Assembly: GCA_047285535.1 (NCBI GenBank)
Contig: JBJBDC010000001.1
Span: 2,528,136-2,592,135 of the forward strand
Source: Synechococcus sp.
GTDB taxonomy: Bacteria > Cyanobacteriota > Cyanobacteriia > PCC-6307 > Cyanobiaceae
Length of the DNA stretch: 64,000 nucleotides
Direction of reading: 5' to 3'
Below are positions 28,776 through 38,835 of the stretch, piece by piece. Positions within the stretch are counted from its first letter, which is position 1, and each line of letters starts with the position of its first letter. The notes beneath the pieces are model-generated. The model saw only the letters and a list, made by a program, of their open reading frames with translations. It ran no database searches and was not told the origin of the DNA. The position numbers and the translations under genes are program-made.

Positions 28776-30278
28776 ATGGCACTTTGTAAGCGTTTAATTG
28801 CCCGTCTAGATATCAAGGGAAGTCGTCTGATCAAGGGCGTTCGCTTTGAAGGATTGAGAGTTGTTGGCGACCCTTGGGATGCTGCCCTGCGGTATGCAAA
28901 TGCTGGTGCTGATGAGTTGCTTTATATCGATGCTGTTGCCAGCTTATTTGGCCGGAATAGCCTCTCGGACCTCCTTCGGCATACCAGTCGTGAGGTTTTC
29001 ATCCCGATCACGGCAGGCGGTGGAGTTCGTTCTGTTGAAGACGCTGCAGCTCTCCTAGCCGCCGGTGCGGACAAGATTGCTGTAAACACCGCCGCTCTTG
29101 AGCGTCCGGAGTTGATCACAGAGTTGGCTCAGGCATTTGGTAGCCAGTGTGTGGTTGCCTCGATTCAGGCACGTTGTACAGCTCCCGGGGTTTGGGAGGC
29201 GATGAAAGAAGCAGGTCGTGAACGGACTGGCCGTGATGTGGGTGATTGGATTGAATATCTCGACAAACTTGGGGCTGGCGAGCTTTTGCTTACTTCTGTG
29301 GATCAGGACGGCACCTGTAGTGGGCCAGATGAAGATTTGATAACAATGGCGTCCTCTAAGGCTTGTCTGCCACTGGTTGTTGGGGGTGGTTTTGCAGCTG
29401 TTGATCAGCTCATTAATGTATTGAAGCAGCCGAATGTTTCAGCTGTCAGCTTGGGGGCGGCGCTTCACCATCGTCGATTGGATCTGGTGACCGTTAAGCA
29501 TGAGATGACAGGTTCATCAAAAAATATCCCTCTACGCTTACTCCCTAAAGTTGAGTCTCGAGCCTCGGGTTTTGCCGGGTCAGTTGAAGATTATTCTCTT
29601 GCTGGTTTACGTATTGGCATCATTGATTATGGGATGGGCAATCAGCAGAGCCTGATTAATGCATTGAAATATCTCGGTGCTGAGATCTTGCTGAGTGATG
29701 AACCCAATCAGCTGTGCTCGTCTGATCTATTGGCTTTGCCTGGGGTTGGGTCTTTCCCCAACGGAATTTCTGCACTGCGAACGCGTGGTTTGGATGGCTG
29801 GTTATGCAATGAGTGGGTGGCTTCAGAAAAACCTTTGCTTGGTATCTGTTTGGGAATGCAAATGTTGTTCGAAACTAGTCAGGAATTTGGCCAGAATTCA
29901 GGGCTGTCTCTGCTGTCAGGACATGTGAAATCCTTATTGGATCATAATGTTGAGGTGAAATCAATGATATTGCCCCATCTGGGTTGGAACCGACTGCTTG
30001 AAGGGCCCGCCATGCCAAATAATAGATCTTTTGAGTTCATGAATCAATATTTTGTACATAGTTATGTGGCAACCAATGTTAACCCTGCTGATGTGATGTT
30101 TTACTGCAAGTACTATCATAAACCCTTTGTTGCTGCAATCCGAAAAGGTGCTGTTGCCGGTTTCCAGTTCCACCCAGAACGTAGTGGATTAGATGGCCTG
30201 AAATTGTTGGCATGTATTTGCCGAGATTTGATCTCTACGGCGGATAACACCAAAGACTTATTACCTCATGACTTTTGA
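28776..30278 (+). CDS. Fusion of a HisF-like (beta/alpha)8 domain and a HisH-like class I glutaminase (WbuZ-WbuY-like)
   Basis: N-terminal half: RLIARLDIKG, GADEL, P.TAGGG.RS, AGADK..VNTAA, GAGELLLTSVDQDG. C-terminal half: IIDYGMGN, LPGVGSF, LGICLGMQ, PHLGWN, YFVHSY, QFHPERS. One continuous 500-aa ORF. Confidence 0.9.
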   Translation: MALCKRLIARLDIKGSRLIKGVRFEGLRVVGDPWDAALRYANAGADELLYIDAVASLFGRNSLSDLLRHTSREVFIPITAGGGVRSVEDAAALLAAGADKIAVNTAALERPELITELAQAFGSQCVVASIQARCTAPGVWEAMKEAGRERTGRDVGDWIEYLDKLGAGELLLTSVDQDGTCSGPDEDLITMASSKACLPLVVGGGFAAVDQLINVLKQPNVSAVSLGAALHHRRLDLVTVKHEMTGSSKNIPLRLLPKVESRASGFAGSVEDYSLAGLRIGIIDYGMGNQQSLINALKYLGAEILLSDEPNQLCSSDLLALPGVGSFPNGISALRTRGLDGWLCNEWVASEKPLLGICLGMQMLFETSQEFGQNSGLSLLSGHVKSLLDHNVEVKSMILPHLGWNRLLEGPAMPNNRSFEFMNQYFVHSYVATNVNPADVMFYCKYYHKPFVAAIRKGAVAGFQFHPERSGLDGLKLLACICRDLISTADNTKDLLPHDF

Positions 30279-31323
30279 TATCCCCAATTTTTTTGTGCAT
30301 CCAGATCTTTCACTGCGGATGGCCATGAAGGTGATTGATCAAGGCGCTGCTCAAATTGCTTTGGTGGTAGACGAGCATCAGCGTCTGCTTGGAACCCTGA
30401 CCGATGGCGACATCCGTCGTGCCCTTCTTCATGGTGAAACACTCGAGGCCCCGGTTGAACGGCTGATGAACCGGAGGTTTCGCAGTGTTCAAAGTAGCGA
30501 CGATCAGGGTTTGGTTCTGGAGATGATGCGCCGAGAGGTGTTGCGACAGATTCCTGTGTTGGATGAGCAGGGTCGGGTAGTGAATTTGTTGTTGTTGCAG
30601 GAGCTACTGAATCCTCATCAGCTACGTAATGCTGTAGTAATAATGGCCGGCGGAAAAGGCACCCGCCTGCGGCCTCATACAGAAAATTGTCCCAAGCCGA
30701 TGTTGCCAGTAGGTGATCAGCCGATGCTGGAGATCTTGTTAGAGCAATGTATCGCCAATGGCTTCCGGACATTTTATTTCTCAGTAAATTATCTGAAGGA
30801 GCAGATTATTGATCACTTCAATGATGGGTCTAGCTGGGGAGTGTCGATTCAGTATTTGGTTGAGGAGGAACCACTGGGAACAGCCGGATCTTTGCAGTTG
30901 CTGCCTGATTCGCTTAAAGAGCCCTTTCTTGTACTCAATGGTGATGTGCTGACGCGTTTCGAGCCCAGACATCTTTTACACTTTCACGCCGATCATAAGG
31001 CCCAGGCAACGCTTTGTGTACGCGATCATGAGTTCACAGTGCCTTTTGGTGTGGTGCAGACCAAGGGTGTAGATCTAGCCGGTTTTCAGGAGAAACCAAC
31101 TTACCGGCATCAGGTGAATGCGGGGGTCTATGTGATTGCCCCAAAGCTTTTACCGCTTTTACCCCCCCATCAATTCACCGATATGCCCAGCTTGCTTCAA
31201 TCTGCCCAACAGGCTGGACACCGGGTAGCGGTTTGTCCGATTCATGAATATTGGTTGGATGTGGGACGGCCGGAAAACTTGGAGCAGGCTCACGCCACTT
31301 GGGGGCAGAAAATTGAATCTTAA
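30268..31323 (+). CDS. CBS-domain sugar-phosphate nucleotidyltransferase (PtmE-like)
   Basis: Tandem CBS repeats (LLGTLTDGDIRR), then MAGGKGTRLRP.T..CPKPML, EPLGTAG, NGDVL, WLDVG. Confidence 0.88.
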   Translation: MTFDIPNFFVHPDLSLRMAMKVIDQGAAQIALVVDEHQRLLGTLTDGDIRRALLHGETLEAPVERLMNRRFRSVQSSDDQGLVLEMMRREVLRQIPVLDEQGRVVNLLLLQELLNPHQLRNAVVIMAGGKGTRLRPHTENCPKPMLPVGDQPMLEILLEQCIANGFRTFYFSVNYLKEQIIDHFNDGSSWGVSIQYLVEEEPLGTAGSLQLLPDSLKEPFLVLNGDVLTRFEPRHLLHFHADHKAQATLCVRDHEFTVPFGVVQTKGVDLAGFQEKPTYRHQVNAGVYVIAPKLLPLLPPHQFTDMPSLLQSAQQAGHRVAVCPIHEYWLDVGRPENLEQAHATWGQKIES

Positions 31324-32338
31324 AGTGCAAAATTGCTATTCTCCACACCGCATCTTGATTTGCGGGTTAGGAAGCATTGGAAGACGTCATGCCCGTATCC
31401 TGCATCAGAAGTTTCCAGATATTAAGATTTCAGTATGGCGATCAGGGCATGGCGCTGCATGTCCTGAATTATCACTAATGAGTCATCAATTCTCTGACTT
31501 AGATACAGCTATTTCATGGATGCCTGACGCGGCAGTTATCTCCAGCCCAGCCCCATTTCATCAACATCAAGCACTATCTCTGACAAGACAAAAAATACCG
31601 GTTCTCATTGAGAAGCCCGTGGGCATTGGTAGTGACCCGCAAGCAGGATGGGACGAGCTGCTGAGGAATTCAAGAAGAGTTCCTGTTGTTATTGGCTACG
31701 TTCTTCGGCATGATCCTTGCGCCTCTTATATTAAGAAGGTGCTTGGGAGTCAAGAATTTGGCAAAGTCTTGGAGGCAGACTTTTATTGTGGATCTTGGTT
31801 GCCAGATTGGCGCCCAACTTCAAATTATAGAGAATGCGTCTCTAGTCGACGATCTTTAGGTGGTGGAGCTTTGAGTGAGCTTAGCCACGAACTTGATCTG
31901 GCTCGCTGGTTTCTAGGCGACGTTGACATCGCTTTTGCTTCCTTAGGCCAATCCAGTCTTCTTGATATTGACGTTGAAGATCAAGTGCTTCTTGTGGGGT
32001 GTAGCAATGAATGTTCGCACATTACTATTCGCCTTAATTTCTGCAGTCGCCCTTCTCGGCGTAGGGTTGTTATGCGTTGCGAAAAAGGGGAGATCAACTG
32101 GGATCTGCTTGATGGGAAAGTGAATTTATCTTCTCCTGATCAAAAGTCTCATTGTTTTAGCCCTTCTTTTAACCCTGATGATCGCTATCATTTGCAGATT
32201 GAGCATTTTATGAAGTGTATATACAATGGATCGGTCCCATATTGTTCGTTGAGTGATGGACTTCAAGTCTTGAAGTTAATCAATCAGGCTCGTTTTAAGG
32301 CAGGCAATGAAAAATTGAGTCTAGGTGATGTTTCATGA
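31313..32338 (+). CDS. Gfo/Idh/MocA oxidoreductase (PtmF-like)
   Basis: GLGSIGRRH, IEKP, GSWLPDWRP...YR..VS....LGGG.L.ELSHELD. Start uncertain. Confidence 0.82.
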   Translation: MNLKVQNCYSPHRILICGLGSIGRRHARILHQKFPDIKISVWRSGHGAACPELSLMSHQFSDLDTAISWMPDAAVISSPAPFHQHQALSLTRQKIPVLIEKPVGIGSDPQAGWDELLRNSRRVPVVIGYVLRHDPCASYIKKVLGSQEFGKVLEADFYCGSWLPDWRPTSNYRECVSSRRSLGGGALSELSHELDLARWFLGDVDIAFASLGQSSLLDIDVEDQVLLVGCSNECSHITIRLNFCSRPSRRRVVMRCEKGEINWDLLDGKVNLSSPDQKSHCFSPSFNPDDRYHLQIEHFMKCIYNGSVPYCSLSDGLQVLKLINQARFKAGNEKLSLGDVS

Positions 32339-33027
32339 CTTCAACTTCTGCATTTGTTTTCGCTAGAGGTGGATCAAAGGGGCTGCCTAGGAAGAACGTT
32401 TTGCAGATTGCTGGCATGCCCTTGCTCGCTCATGGTATAGAGATCGCACGTAATCTTAAAGAAGTTGATAATATCTATGTCTCGACTGACTGTGAAGAGA
32501 TTGCTTCAATTGCTCTGCAATATGGAGCTGAGGTCATTGATCGACCATCCGAATTGGCTTCAGACACAGCTTCGGAATGGTTGGCATGGCAGCATGCCAT
32601 CCGTTTTGTTATTCAAAACAATAAATCTTTTGACCGTTTTCTGTCATTGCCAGCTACAGCGCCTATGCGCACGACTGAAGATGTGCAAAAATGTCTCAGT
32701 TCTTTGAGCGAAGATGTTGATTTTGTGATAACAATGACGCCTTCGCATCGCAGTCCTTGGTTTAACATGGTTACAGCAGATAAAGATCGAAAAGTAAAAC
32801 TAGTGGCAGGGAATGGTGACATTAAGAGAAGGCAAGACGCACCGCCTTGTTTTGATATTGCTACAGTAGCTTACGTGTCTCGACCGGAATTCATTCTCAA
32901 CTCGACGAGTATTTGGGATGGGACTATCGTAGGTGTTGAGGTTCCTCGCAATCGCGCTATCGATATTGATGACGAGCTTGACTTTGCAATTGCTCGCTTC
33001 TTGATGGAAGATAATGAACCTGCCTGA
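32335..33027 (+). CDS. neuA: CMP-nonulosonic acid synthetase (NeuA/PtmB/LegF)
   Basis: FARGGSKGLPRKN, VSTD, RP.ELA.D, TAPMR, DIDDELDF. Confidence 0.9.
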   Translation: MTSTSAFVFARGGSKGLPRKNVLQIAGMPLLAHGIEIARNLKEVDNIYVSTDCEEIASIALQYGAEVIDRPSELASDTASEWLAWQHAIRFVIQNNKSFDRFLSLPATAPMRTTEDVQKCLSSLSEDVDFVITMTPSHRSPWFNMVTADKDRKVKLVAGNGDIKRRQDAPPCFDIATVAYVSRPEFILNSTSIWDGTIVGVEVPRNRAIDIDDELDFAIARFLMEDNEPA

Positions 33028-33817
33028 CTCTATTCTAGTGAATCCAGAGGGATTGTCTGGCCAAAATCTTCTGATTACTGGTGCTGCCGGTCGCATAGGT
33101 TCTGCGGTTGCAAAAAAAGCTTTGTCTTCAGGGGCAAAGGTTTTGCTCGCAGATATTTCTTCTGAATCATTGGAGAGATTGCTTTTGGATCTTTCATCCT
33201 TAGGGGTTGAAAATATTTACTCATTTGTCGCTGACACTTCTAATGCTGCTGGAATTGACTGTTTGGTTTCCGAAGTTTGTGCATCCATAGGGAGCATTGA
33301 TGCTGCTGTCCACTGTGCATATCCTCGTTCACAAGGGTGGGGAGCAAAATTTGAGGATATACAAGAAAGTGATCTGCTCCAGGACCTCAATATGCAACTT
33401 GGCGGTGCTATTCTGTTTTCGCAGCGAATATTGCGATGCTTCCAAGAGCAAGGTTATGGAAATCTAATTCATTTGTCGTCCATTCAAGGTGTTCGTGCTC
33501 CTAAGTTTGAACATTATGCTGGTACGTCCATGAGCTCTCCGGTTGAATATGCTGCCATTAAGGCTGGAATTATTTCTATTGTAAGGTGGCTTGCTAAATA
33601 CTCATCTAATCAGAATATTCGCGTTAATTGTGTGAGCCCAGGTGGCATCCTTGACGGCCAGCCAGACACCTTTCTAAAGCGCTATCGAGAAAGCTGTATC
33701 AACTTTGGAATGCTTTCCGCTGAGCAGGTGGCTTCTGTAGTTACCTTTCTACTCTCTCCCGACGCTGCAGCTATAAACGGTCAAAATATCATCATTGATG
33801 ATGGCTGGACTCTCTGA
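33014..33817 (+). CDS. SDR oxidoreductase (PtmA-like)
   Basis: ITGAAGRIG, AYPR...WG, SSIQGV.APKFEHY.GT.M.SP.EYAAIKAG, RVNCVSPGGI, GQNIIIDDG. Confidence 0.85.
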   Translation: MNLPDSILVNPEGLSGQNLLITGAAGRIGSAVAKKALSSGAKVLLADISSESLERLLLDLSSLGVENIYSFVADTSNAAGIDCLVSEVCASIGSIDAAVHCAYPRSQGWGAKFEDIQESDLLQDLNMQLGGAILFSQRILRCFQEQGYGNLIHLSSIQGVRAPKFEHYAGTSMSSPVEYAAIKAGIISIVRWLAKYSSNQNIRVNCVSPGGILDGQPDTFLKRYRESCINFGMLSAEQVASVVTFLLSPDAAAINGQNIIIDDGWTL

Positions 33818-33846
33818 ATTATCGTTGTTTTTGGGACTGAATTCTC

Positions 33847-34845
33847 ATGAAAAAAGTTCTGGTCACCGGAGCCGATGGTTTCATTGGTTCTCATCTGGTT
33901 GAAGCTTTGATGGAAGCCGGCCATCAAGTTCGAGCGTTTTGTTTTTACAATTCCTTTGGTAGCTGGGGTTGGCTGGACAGCTTGCCAGAGGGCTATAAAG
34001 ATGAGCTTGAAGTGGTTCTAGGCGATATACGCGATCCTATCTCTGTCAGAGAAGCAATGCGGGGCTGTGATCAAGTGTTTCACTTGGCAGCGCTGATAGC
34101 AATTCCCTACAGCTATGTGGCTCCTGCCAGCTATGTGGATACCAACATTCACGGCACCTTGAATGTGGTGCAGGCTGCTCGCGATCTTGGAGTGAGCCGG
34201 GTGGTGCACACCTCCACTTCTGAAACCTACGGCACAGCTCAGTTCGTGCCGATCACGGAAGATCATCCGCAAGTTGGTCAATCGCCCTATGCCGCCAGCA
34301 AGATTGGAGCCGATCAGATTGCACTCAGCTATTGGCGCAGCTTTGAAACGCCTGTGGCTGTGTTGCGCCCTTTCAACACCTACGGTCCGCGCCAGAGTGC
34401 CAGAGCCGTGATCCCGACGATCATCACTCAGGTGGCTGCGGGCCAGTGTCAGATTTGTTTGGGGGCGCTGTCACCTACACGCGACTTCAACTTTGTTGCC
34501 GACACCTGTGCTGCCTTTCAGGCAATCGCGGATTGTGATGCGGCCTTGGGGAAGGTTGTGAATGCTGCCAGCAATTTTGAGATATCGATCGGGGATACTG
34601 CTGCACTCATCGCCGAGGTGATGAATGCGGATCTGGAGATTGTTACGGATGAACAGAGGATTCGGCCTGACGGCTCTGAGGTCAATCGGTTGTTTGGTGA
34701 CAACAGTCGCCTGCGCCAGCTAACTGACTGTCAGCCGGCCTACGGCGGCCTTGATGGCTTCCGCCGCGGGCTTGCTGTTACAGCTGAATGGTTCAGTAAT
34801 CCCGCCAATCTTGCGCGTTATCGCCCTAGTAGTTATGCCGTTTGA
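33847..34845 (+). CDS. legB: NDP-GlcNAc 4,6-dehydratase (LegB type)
   Basis: VLVTGADGFIGSHL, YNSF.SWGWLD, HLAALIAIPYSY.AP.SY, TSTSE.YG, YAASK, RPFNTYGPRQSARAVIP. Confidence 0.88.
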   Translation: MKKVLVTGADGFIGSHLVEALMEAGHQVRAFCFYNSFGSWGWLDSLPEGYKDELEVVLGDIRDPISVREAMRGCDQVFHLAALIAIPYSYVAPASYVDTNIHGTLNVVQAARDLGVSRVVHTSTSETYGTAQFVPITEDHPQVGQSPYAASKIGADQIALSYWRSFETPVAVLRPFNTYGPRQSARAVIPTIITQVAAGQCQICLGALSPTRDFNFVADTCAAFQAIADCDAALGKVVNAASNFEISIGDTAALIAEVMNADLEIVTDEQRIRPDGSEVNRLFGDNSRLRQLTDCQPAYGGLDGFRRGLAVTAEWFSNPANLARYRPSSYAV

Positions 34846-34848
34846 GCT

Positions 34849-36060
34849 ATGAGCACTAATGCGCGCACTCTTGCGGCGACTGTACTCGACGCCATTCAGC
34901 AGGTGGTGGGCTCTAGTGAAAAGGAGCAACCTATCGTGCTGCATGAACCCGATTTTCGTGGTACCCAGGCCTGGTCTTATGTGAAGGACTGCCTGGATAG
35001 CGGCTGGGTGAGCACGGCAGGAGGCTGGGTGAATCGCTTTGAACAGCAGCTCTGCGCCATTACCGGAGCTAGTCATGCGTTGGCCTTGAGCAACGGCACC
35101 GTCGCCCTTCGCCTGGCTCTGCATCTGGTGGGAGTGGGCGCTGGAGATGAGGTGTTGTTGCCGCCCCTGAGTTTTGTGGCAACTGCCAATGCCGTGGTTC
35201 ACCTTGGTGCGTTGCCTCACTTCGTCGATGTCGAGCCCAACGCTTTAGGCCTATGTCCGGTTGCATTGGCGTCTCGCTTAGAGGCCATTGCTGAGCGGCG
35301 TGAAGGCCGCGTTGTGAACAGAGAAACCGGCAGGTGCATAGCAGCTGTGTTGCCGGTGCATGTCTTTGGACATCCGGCTGAAGTGGATCAGCTCAGAGTG
35401 GTGGCTGATGCCTGGGGATTGCCCATGGTGGAAGATGCTGCAGAAGCACTCGCAAGCTGGCGTCAAGACGCCCATTGCGGCCTGTTTGGTTCCGTGGGCA
35501 CTCTCAGCTTCAACGGCAATAAGTTGATCACCACTGGTGGCGGTGGTGCTCTTATCACTAATGATGCGGCCTTAGCCCAGCGAGCACGGCACCTATCGAC
35601 AACCGCCAAGCAGCCCCACCCTTGGGCGTTTGAACACGATGCCGTGGGCTGGAATGACCGTCTGCCTAATCTCAATGCGGCCTTAGGCCTCGCCCAGCTA
35701 GAGGATTTGGATCGCCGCCTTGAGGCCAAACGTCAGCTAGCCCAGCGCTACGCAGAGGCTTTTGCTGATCTGGAGGGTGTGGAGCTAGTGCCGGAGCCAA
35801 CCGATTGCCGCAGCAACCACTGGCTGGTGAGCTTGCGCTTCACGGCGGAAGATCCTCTGATCGCTCAAGCCGAGCGGCTGCAGCTGCTGGAACGGGCACA
35901 CGCGTTTGGGCTTCTGCTACGCCCAATCTGGAGGCCGTTGCACCAGCTGCCGATGTACCAGGCCTCCTCAGCGGGCTCGCTGGACGTGGCCGAGAATCAG
36001 GCGCCGCGCTTGCTCAACCTGCCTAGTAGTCCTCAGCTGCTGGAGAGTTTTGCTACATGA
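34849..36060 (+). CDS. legC: LegC family aminotransferase
   Basis: LHEP.F, CLDSGWVS..G, NGT.AL..AL, EDAAEAL.S, SFNGNK.ITTGGGG, HL.TTAK..H.W..EHD. Confidence 0.88.
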   Translation: MSTNARTLAATVLDAIQQVVGSSEKEQPIVLHEPDFRGTQAWSYVKDCLDSGWVSTAGGWVNRFEQQLCAITGASHALALSNGTVALRLALHLVGVGAGDEVLLPPLSFVATANAVVHLGALPHFVDVEPNALGLCPVALASRLEAIAERREGRVVNRETGRCIAAVLPVHVFGHPAEVDQLRVVADAWGLPMVEDAAEALASWRQDAHCGLFGSVGTLSFNGNKLITTGGGGALITNDAALAQRARHLSTTAKQPHPWAFEHDAVGWNDRLPNLNAALGLAQLEDLDRRLEAKRQLAQRYAEAFADLEGVELVPEPTDCRSNHWLVSLRFTAEDPLIAQAERLQLLERAHAFGLLLRPIWRPLHQLPMYQASSAGSLDVAENQAPRLLNLPSSPQLLESFAT

Positions 36061-36656
36061 GATCTCTGCTGCTAACCGGTTGTGGTGGCCATGCCCGATC
36101 GCTGATTGAGCTGATCGAATCCGCTGCAGATTGGCGGATTCACGGATTGGTGGGATTGCCACAGCAGGTGGGTAGCTCTGTTTTGGGCTATTCGGTGATA
36201 GGTAGCGATGAAGATTTGCCTGCGCTTTTTGAGGAATGCTCGGCAGCAGTGCTGGCGATTGGCCAGTTACCGCATCCGGCGCCTAGACAGCGCCTTGCTG
36301 CTGACCTTGAACAGCTTGGATTTGAATTTCCGGTTTTGGTTTCCCCCCATGCGGTTGTGAGTCGACACGCCCAGCTGGGCCCTGGAACCACCTTGGGCCA
36401 TGGTGTAATTGTCAACGCAGGAGCAGTAGTTGGTGATCACTGCATTCTTAACAGCCGTGCATTGATAGAACACGACGTCCACATCGGTGATCACTGCCAT
36501 ATCAGTACTGGTGTGTTATTGAACGGAGGGGTGCGGGTGGGACCTGGCAGCTTCATCGGCAGCGGTGCCATGCTCCGCGAGGGGCTGGATTTACCACCAC
36601 TCACGGTGATCGGTGCCGGTAAACGTGTGATGGGATGGCCTTTAAGGGAGCAATGA
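36057..36656 (+). CDS. NeuD/PglD-type sugar acetyltransferase
   Basis: G.GGHA, LAIGQ, hexapeptide repeats, N..A.IEHD..IGDHCH. Confidence 0.85.
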   Translation: MRSLLLTGCGGHARSLIELIESAADWRIHGLVGLPQQVGSSVLGYSVIGSDEDLPALFEECSAAVLAIGQLPHPAPRQRLAADLEQLGFEFPVLVSPHAVVSRHAQLGPGTTLGHGVIVNAGAVVGDHCILNSRALIEHDVHIGDHCHISTGVLLNGGVRVGPGSFIGSGAMLREGLDLPPLTVIGAGKRVMGWPLREQ

Positions 36657-37663
36657 GTACAACACAAAACACTCTTGTAATCGCTGAAGCTGGTGTGAAT
36701 CACAATGGCGACTTGCAGCTCGCCAAGAAGCTGGTGGATGTCGCTATCGAGGCTGGAGTCGATGTAGTGAAGTTCCAGACGTTTCAAGCCAGGCAGTTGG
36801 TTACAAAGCACGCTGAACAGGCGGCTTACCAGCAGAAGGCCCTACGCACTTCAGAGAGTCAGTTGGCGATGTTGCAGCGGCTTGAACTCCAGCCAGCTCA
36901 GCATTACGAGTTGATTGATTACTGCCATGAGGGGGGCATTGAGTTTCTTTCGACTGCTTTTGATACTCCCAGCATTGAACTGCTGGTATCCCTTAGGCTC
37001 AAACGTTGGAAGGTTCCCTCCGGCGAAATCACCAACCTCCCTTATCTGCGTCAAATCGGCAGCCAGGGGCAGCCCGTGATCCTCTCCACCGGTATGGCCA
37101 ATCTTGGCGAGATCGAAGCCGCGCTCGCTGTGCTGAGCCAGGCGGGCACTCCACGTAGCCAGATCACGGTGTTGCATTGCACGACTGAATATCCTGCACC
37201 AACTCAGGAGGTCAACCTCCGAGCAATGAAGACAATTGCCCATTCTTTTGGAGTGGCTGTGGGGTACTCCGACCATACCGATGGTATTGCTGTACCGATT
37301 GCGGCGGTGGCTATGGGTGCCACGGTGATCGAGAAACACCTCACTCTTGATCGCAACTTGCCAGGACCAGATCACAAGGCCAGCCTTGAACCTGGTCGGT
37401 TCGCGGAGATGGTGCAAGGCATACGAACCATTGAGCAAGCACTCGGCGATGGGATCAAGCAGCCTATGGCTAGCGAGCAAGTAAACCTACCGGTGGTGCG
37501 GAAGTCCCTTGTTGCGGCTCGACCCATTCGTGCTGGCGAGCTGTTCACTGAAGCCAACCTCACCGTTAAGCGTCCCGGTACCGGCATTTCACCCATGCAG
37601 TGGGATGCCTGGATCGGCCGCTCGGCTACCCGAGACTTTGCTGCTGATGAATTGATCGTATGA
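36653..37663 (+). CDS. neuB: Nonulosonic (legionaminic/sialic) acid synthase
   Basis: IAEAGVNHNG, KFQTF, K.PSGEITN, LSTGM, LHCTTEYP, GYSDHT, EKHLTLD...GPDH.AS, and a C-terminal antifreeze-like domain (KRPG.GI). Confidence 0.93.
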   Translation: MSTTQNTLVIAEAGVNHNGDLQLAKKLVDVAIEAGVDVVKFQTFQARQLVTKHAEQAAYQQKALRTSESQLAMLQRLELQPAQHYELIDYCHEGGIEFLSTAFDTPSIELLVSLRLKRWKVPSGEITNLPYLRQIGSQGQPVILSTGMANLGEIEAALAVLSQAGTPRSQITVLHCTTEYPAPTQEVNLRAMKTIAHSFGVAVGYSDHTDGIAVPIAAVAMGATVIEKHLTLDRNLPGPDHKASLEPGRFAEMVQGIRTIEQALGDGIKQPMASEQVNLPVVRKSLVAARPIRAGELFTEANLTVKRPGTGISPMQWDAWIGRSATRDFAADELIV

Positions 37664-38835
37664 GCATGCCCCCCCGCAAAATCTGCGTGGTGACTGGCAC
37701 CCGAGCGGAATACGGCCTGTTGCGCTGGGTGATACAGGGCATCCAGGATTCTGAAGTTCTCAATCTTCAGCTGATGGTGACCGGTATGCACCTGTCACCG
37801 GAGTTTGGACTCACGGTGCAGGAAATTGAAATCGACGGTTTTTGCATCGACCGCAAGGTGGAGATGCTGCTCAGCTCCGACTCGCCGGTTGGCATAACCA
37901 AGTCGATGGGGCTGGCCATGATTGGCTTTGCGGATGCCCTAGCTGAGCTCCGTCCTGATCTGCTGCTGGTGCTCGGAGATCGCTTTGAGACGTTTGCAGC
38001 AGCGACGGCAGCGTTGATTGCCCGTATCCCGATCGCCCATTGTCACGGCGGCGAACTCACCGAAGGTGCATTCGATGACGCCCTTCGGCATTCCATCACC
38101 AAGATGTCAAACCTTCATTTTGTTGCTGCAGAGGAATATCGCGAGCGGGTAATCCAGATGGGTGAACATTCCGATCGCGTATTCCAGGTGGGAGGCCTCG
38201 GCGTGGATGCGATTAAACGCATTGAACTGTTGAGCCGAGAGAAATTGGAGACCTCCCTTGACTTCAAGCTTGGCCCCCGCAACCTGCTGATCACTTTTCA
38301 TCCCGTGACGCTGGACAGCAACACCAGTGCCAAGCAGATGGGGGAATTGCTCACCGCTCTCGATGGGCTAAAGGATACCCATCTGATCTTCACCATGCCC
38401 AACGCCGACACCGATGGCCGGGTATTGATTCGGATGGTGGAGGAGTTCTCTGCTAAAAATCCGCATGTCAAGGCTTTTACTTCCTTAGGGCAGCTTCGCT
38501 ATTTCTCTTGCATCCATCACTGTGATGGGGTTGTTGGTAATTCTTCTAGTGGTCTTGCCGAGGTGCCAAGCTTTAAAAAAGCCACGATCAATATCGGTGA
38601 TCGCCAGAGCGGACGCCTAAAAGCAACAAGTGTTATTGATTGCGAGCCAAATACTCCATCTATCTTGCAGGCAATTAGTCGCTCTTATTCTTCCGACTTT
38701 CTCTATCAGCTCAAGACAACAGAAAACCCTTATGGGAGTGGCGGAGCCAGTGCATCCATCATTCAAAAGCTTGAACGTATTCCAATTAACAGTATTTCCT
38801 TCAAAAAAACTTTTTACGATCTATTTATCAAATGA
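37660..38835 (+). CDS. neuC: Hydrolysing NDP-HexNAc 2-epimerase (NeuC/LegG)
   Basis: VTGTRAEYGLL, TGMHLS.EFG.T, LGDRFE, H.HGGE, RH.ITK, TFHP.T, GNSSSG, G.RQ.GR. Confidence 0.92.
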   Translation: MSMPPRKICVVTGTRAEYGLLRWVIQGIQDSEVLNLQLMVTGMHLSPEFGLTVQEIEIDGFCIDRKVEMLLSSDSPVGITKSMGLAMIGFADALAELRPDLLLVLGDRFETFAAATAALIARIPIAHCHGGELTEGAFDDALRHSITKMSNLHFVAAEEYRERVIQMGEHSDRVFQVGGLGVDAIKRIELLSREKLETSLDFKLGPRNLLITFHPVTLDSNTSAKQMGELLTALDGLKDTHLIFTMPNADTDGRVLIRMVEEFSAKNPHVKAFTSLGQLRYFSCIHHCDGVVGNSSSGLAEVPSFKKATINIGDRQSGRLKATSVIDCEPNTPSILQAISRSYSSDFLYQLKTTENPYGSGGASASIIQKLERIPINSISFKKTFYDLFIK

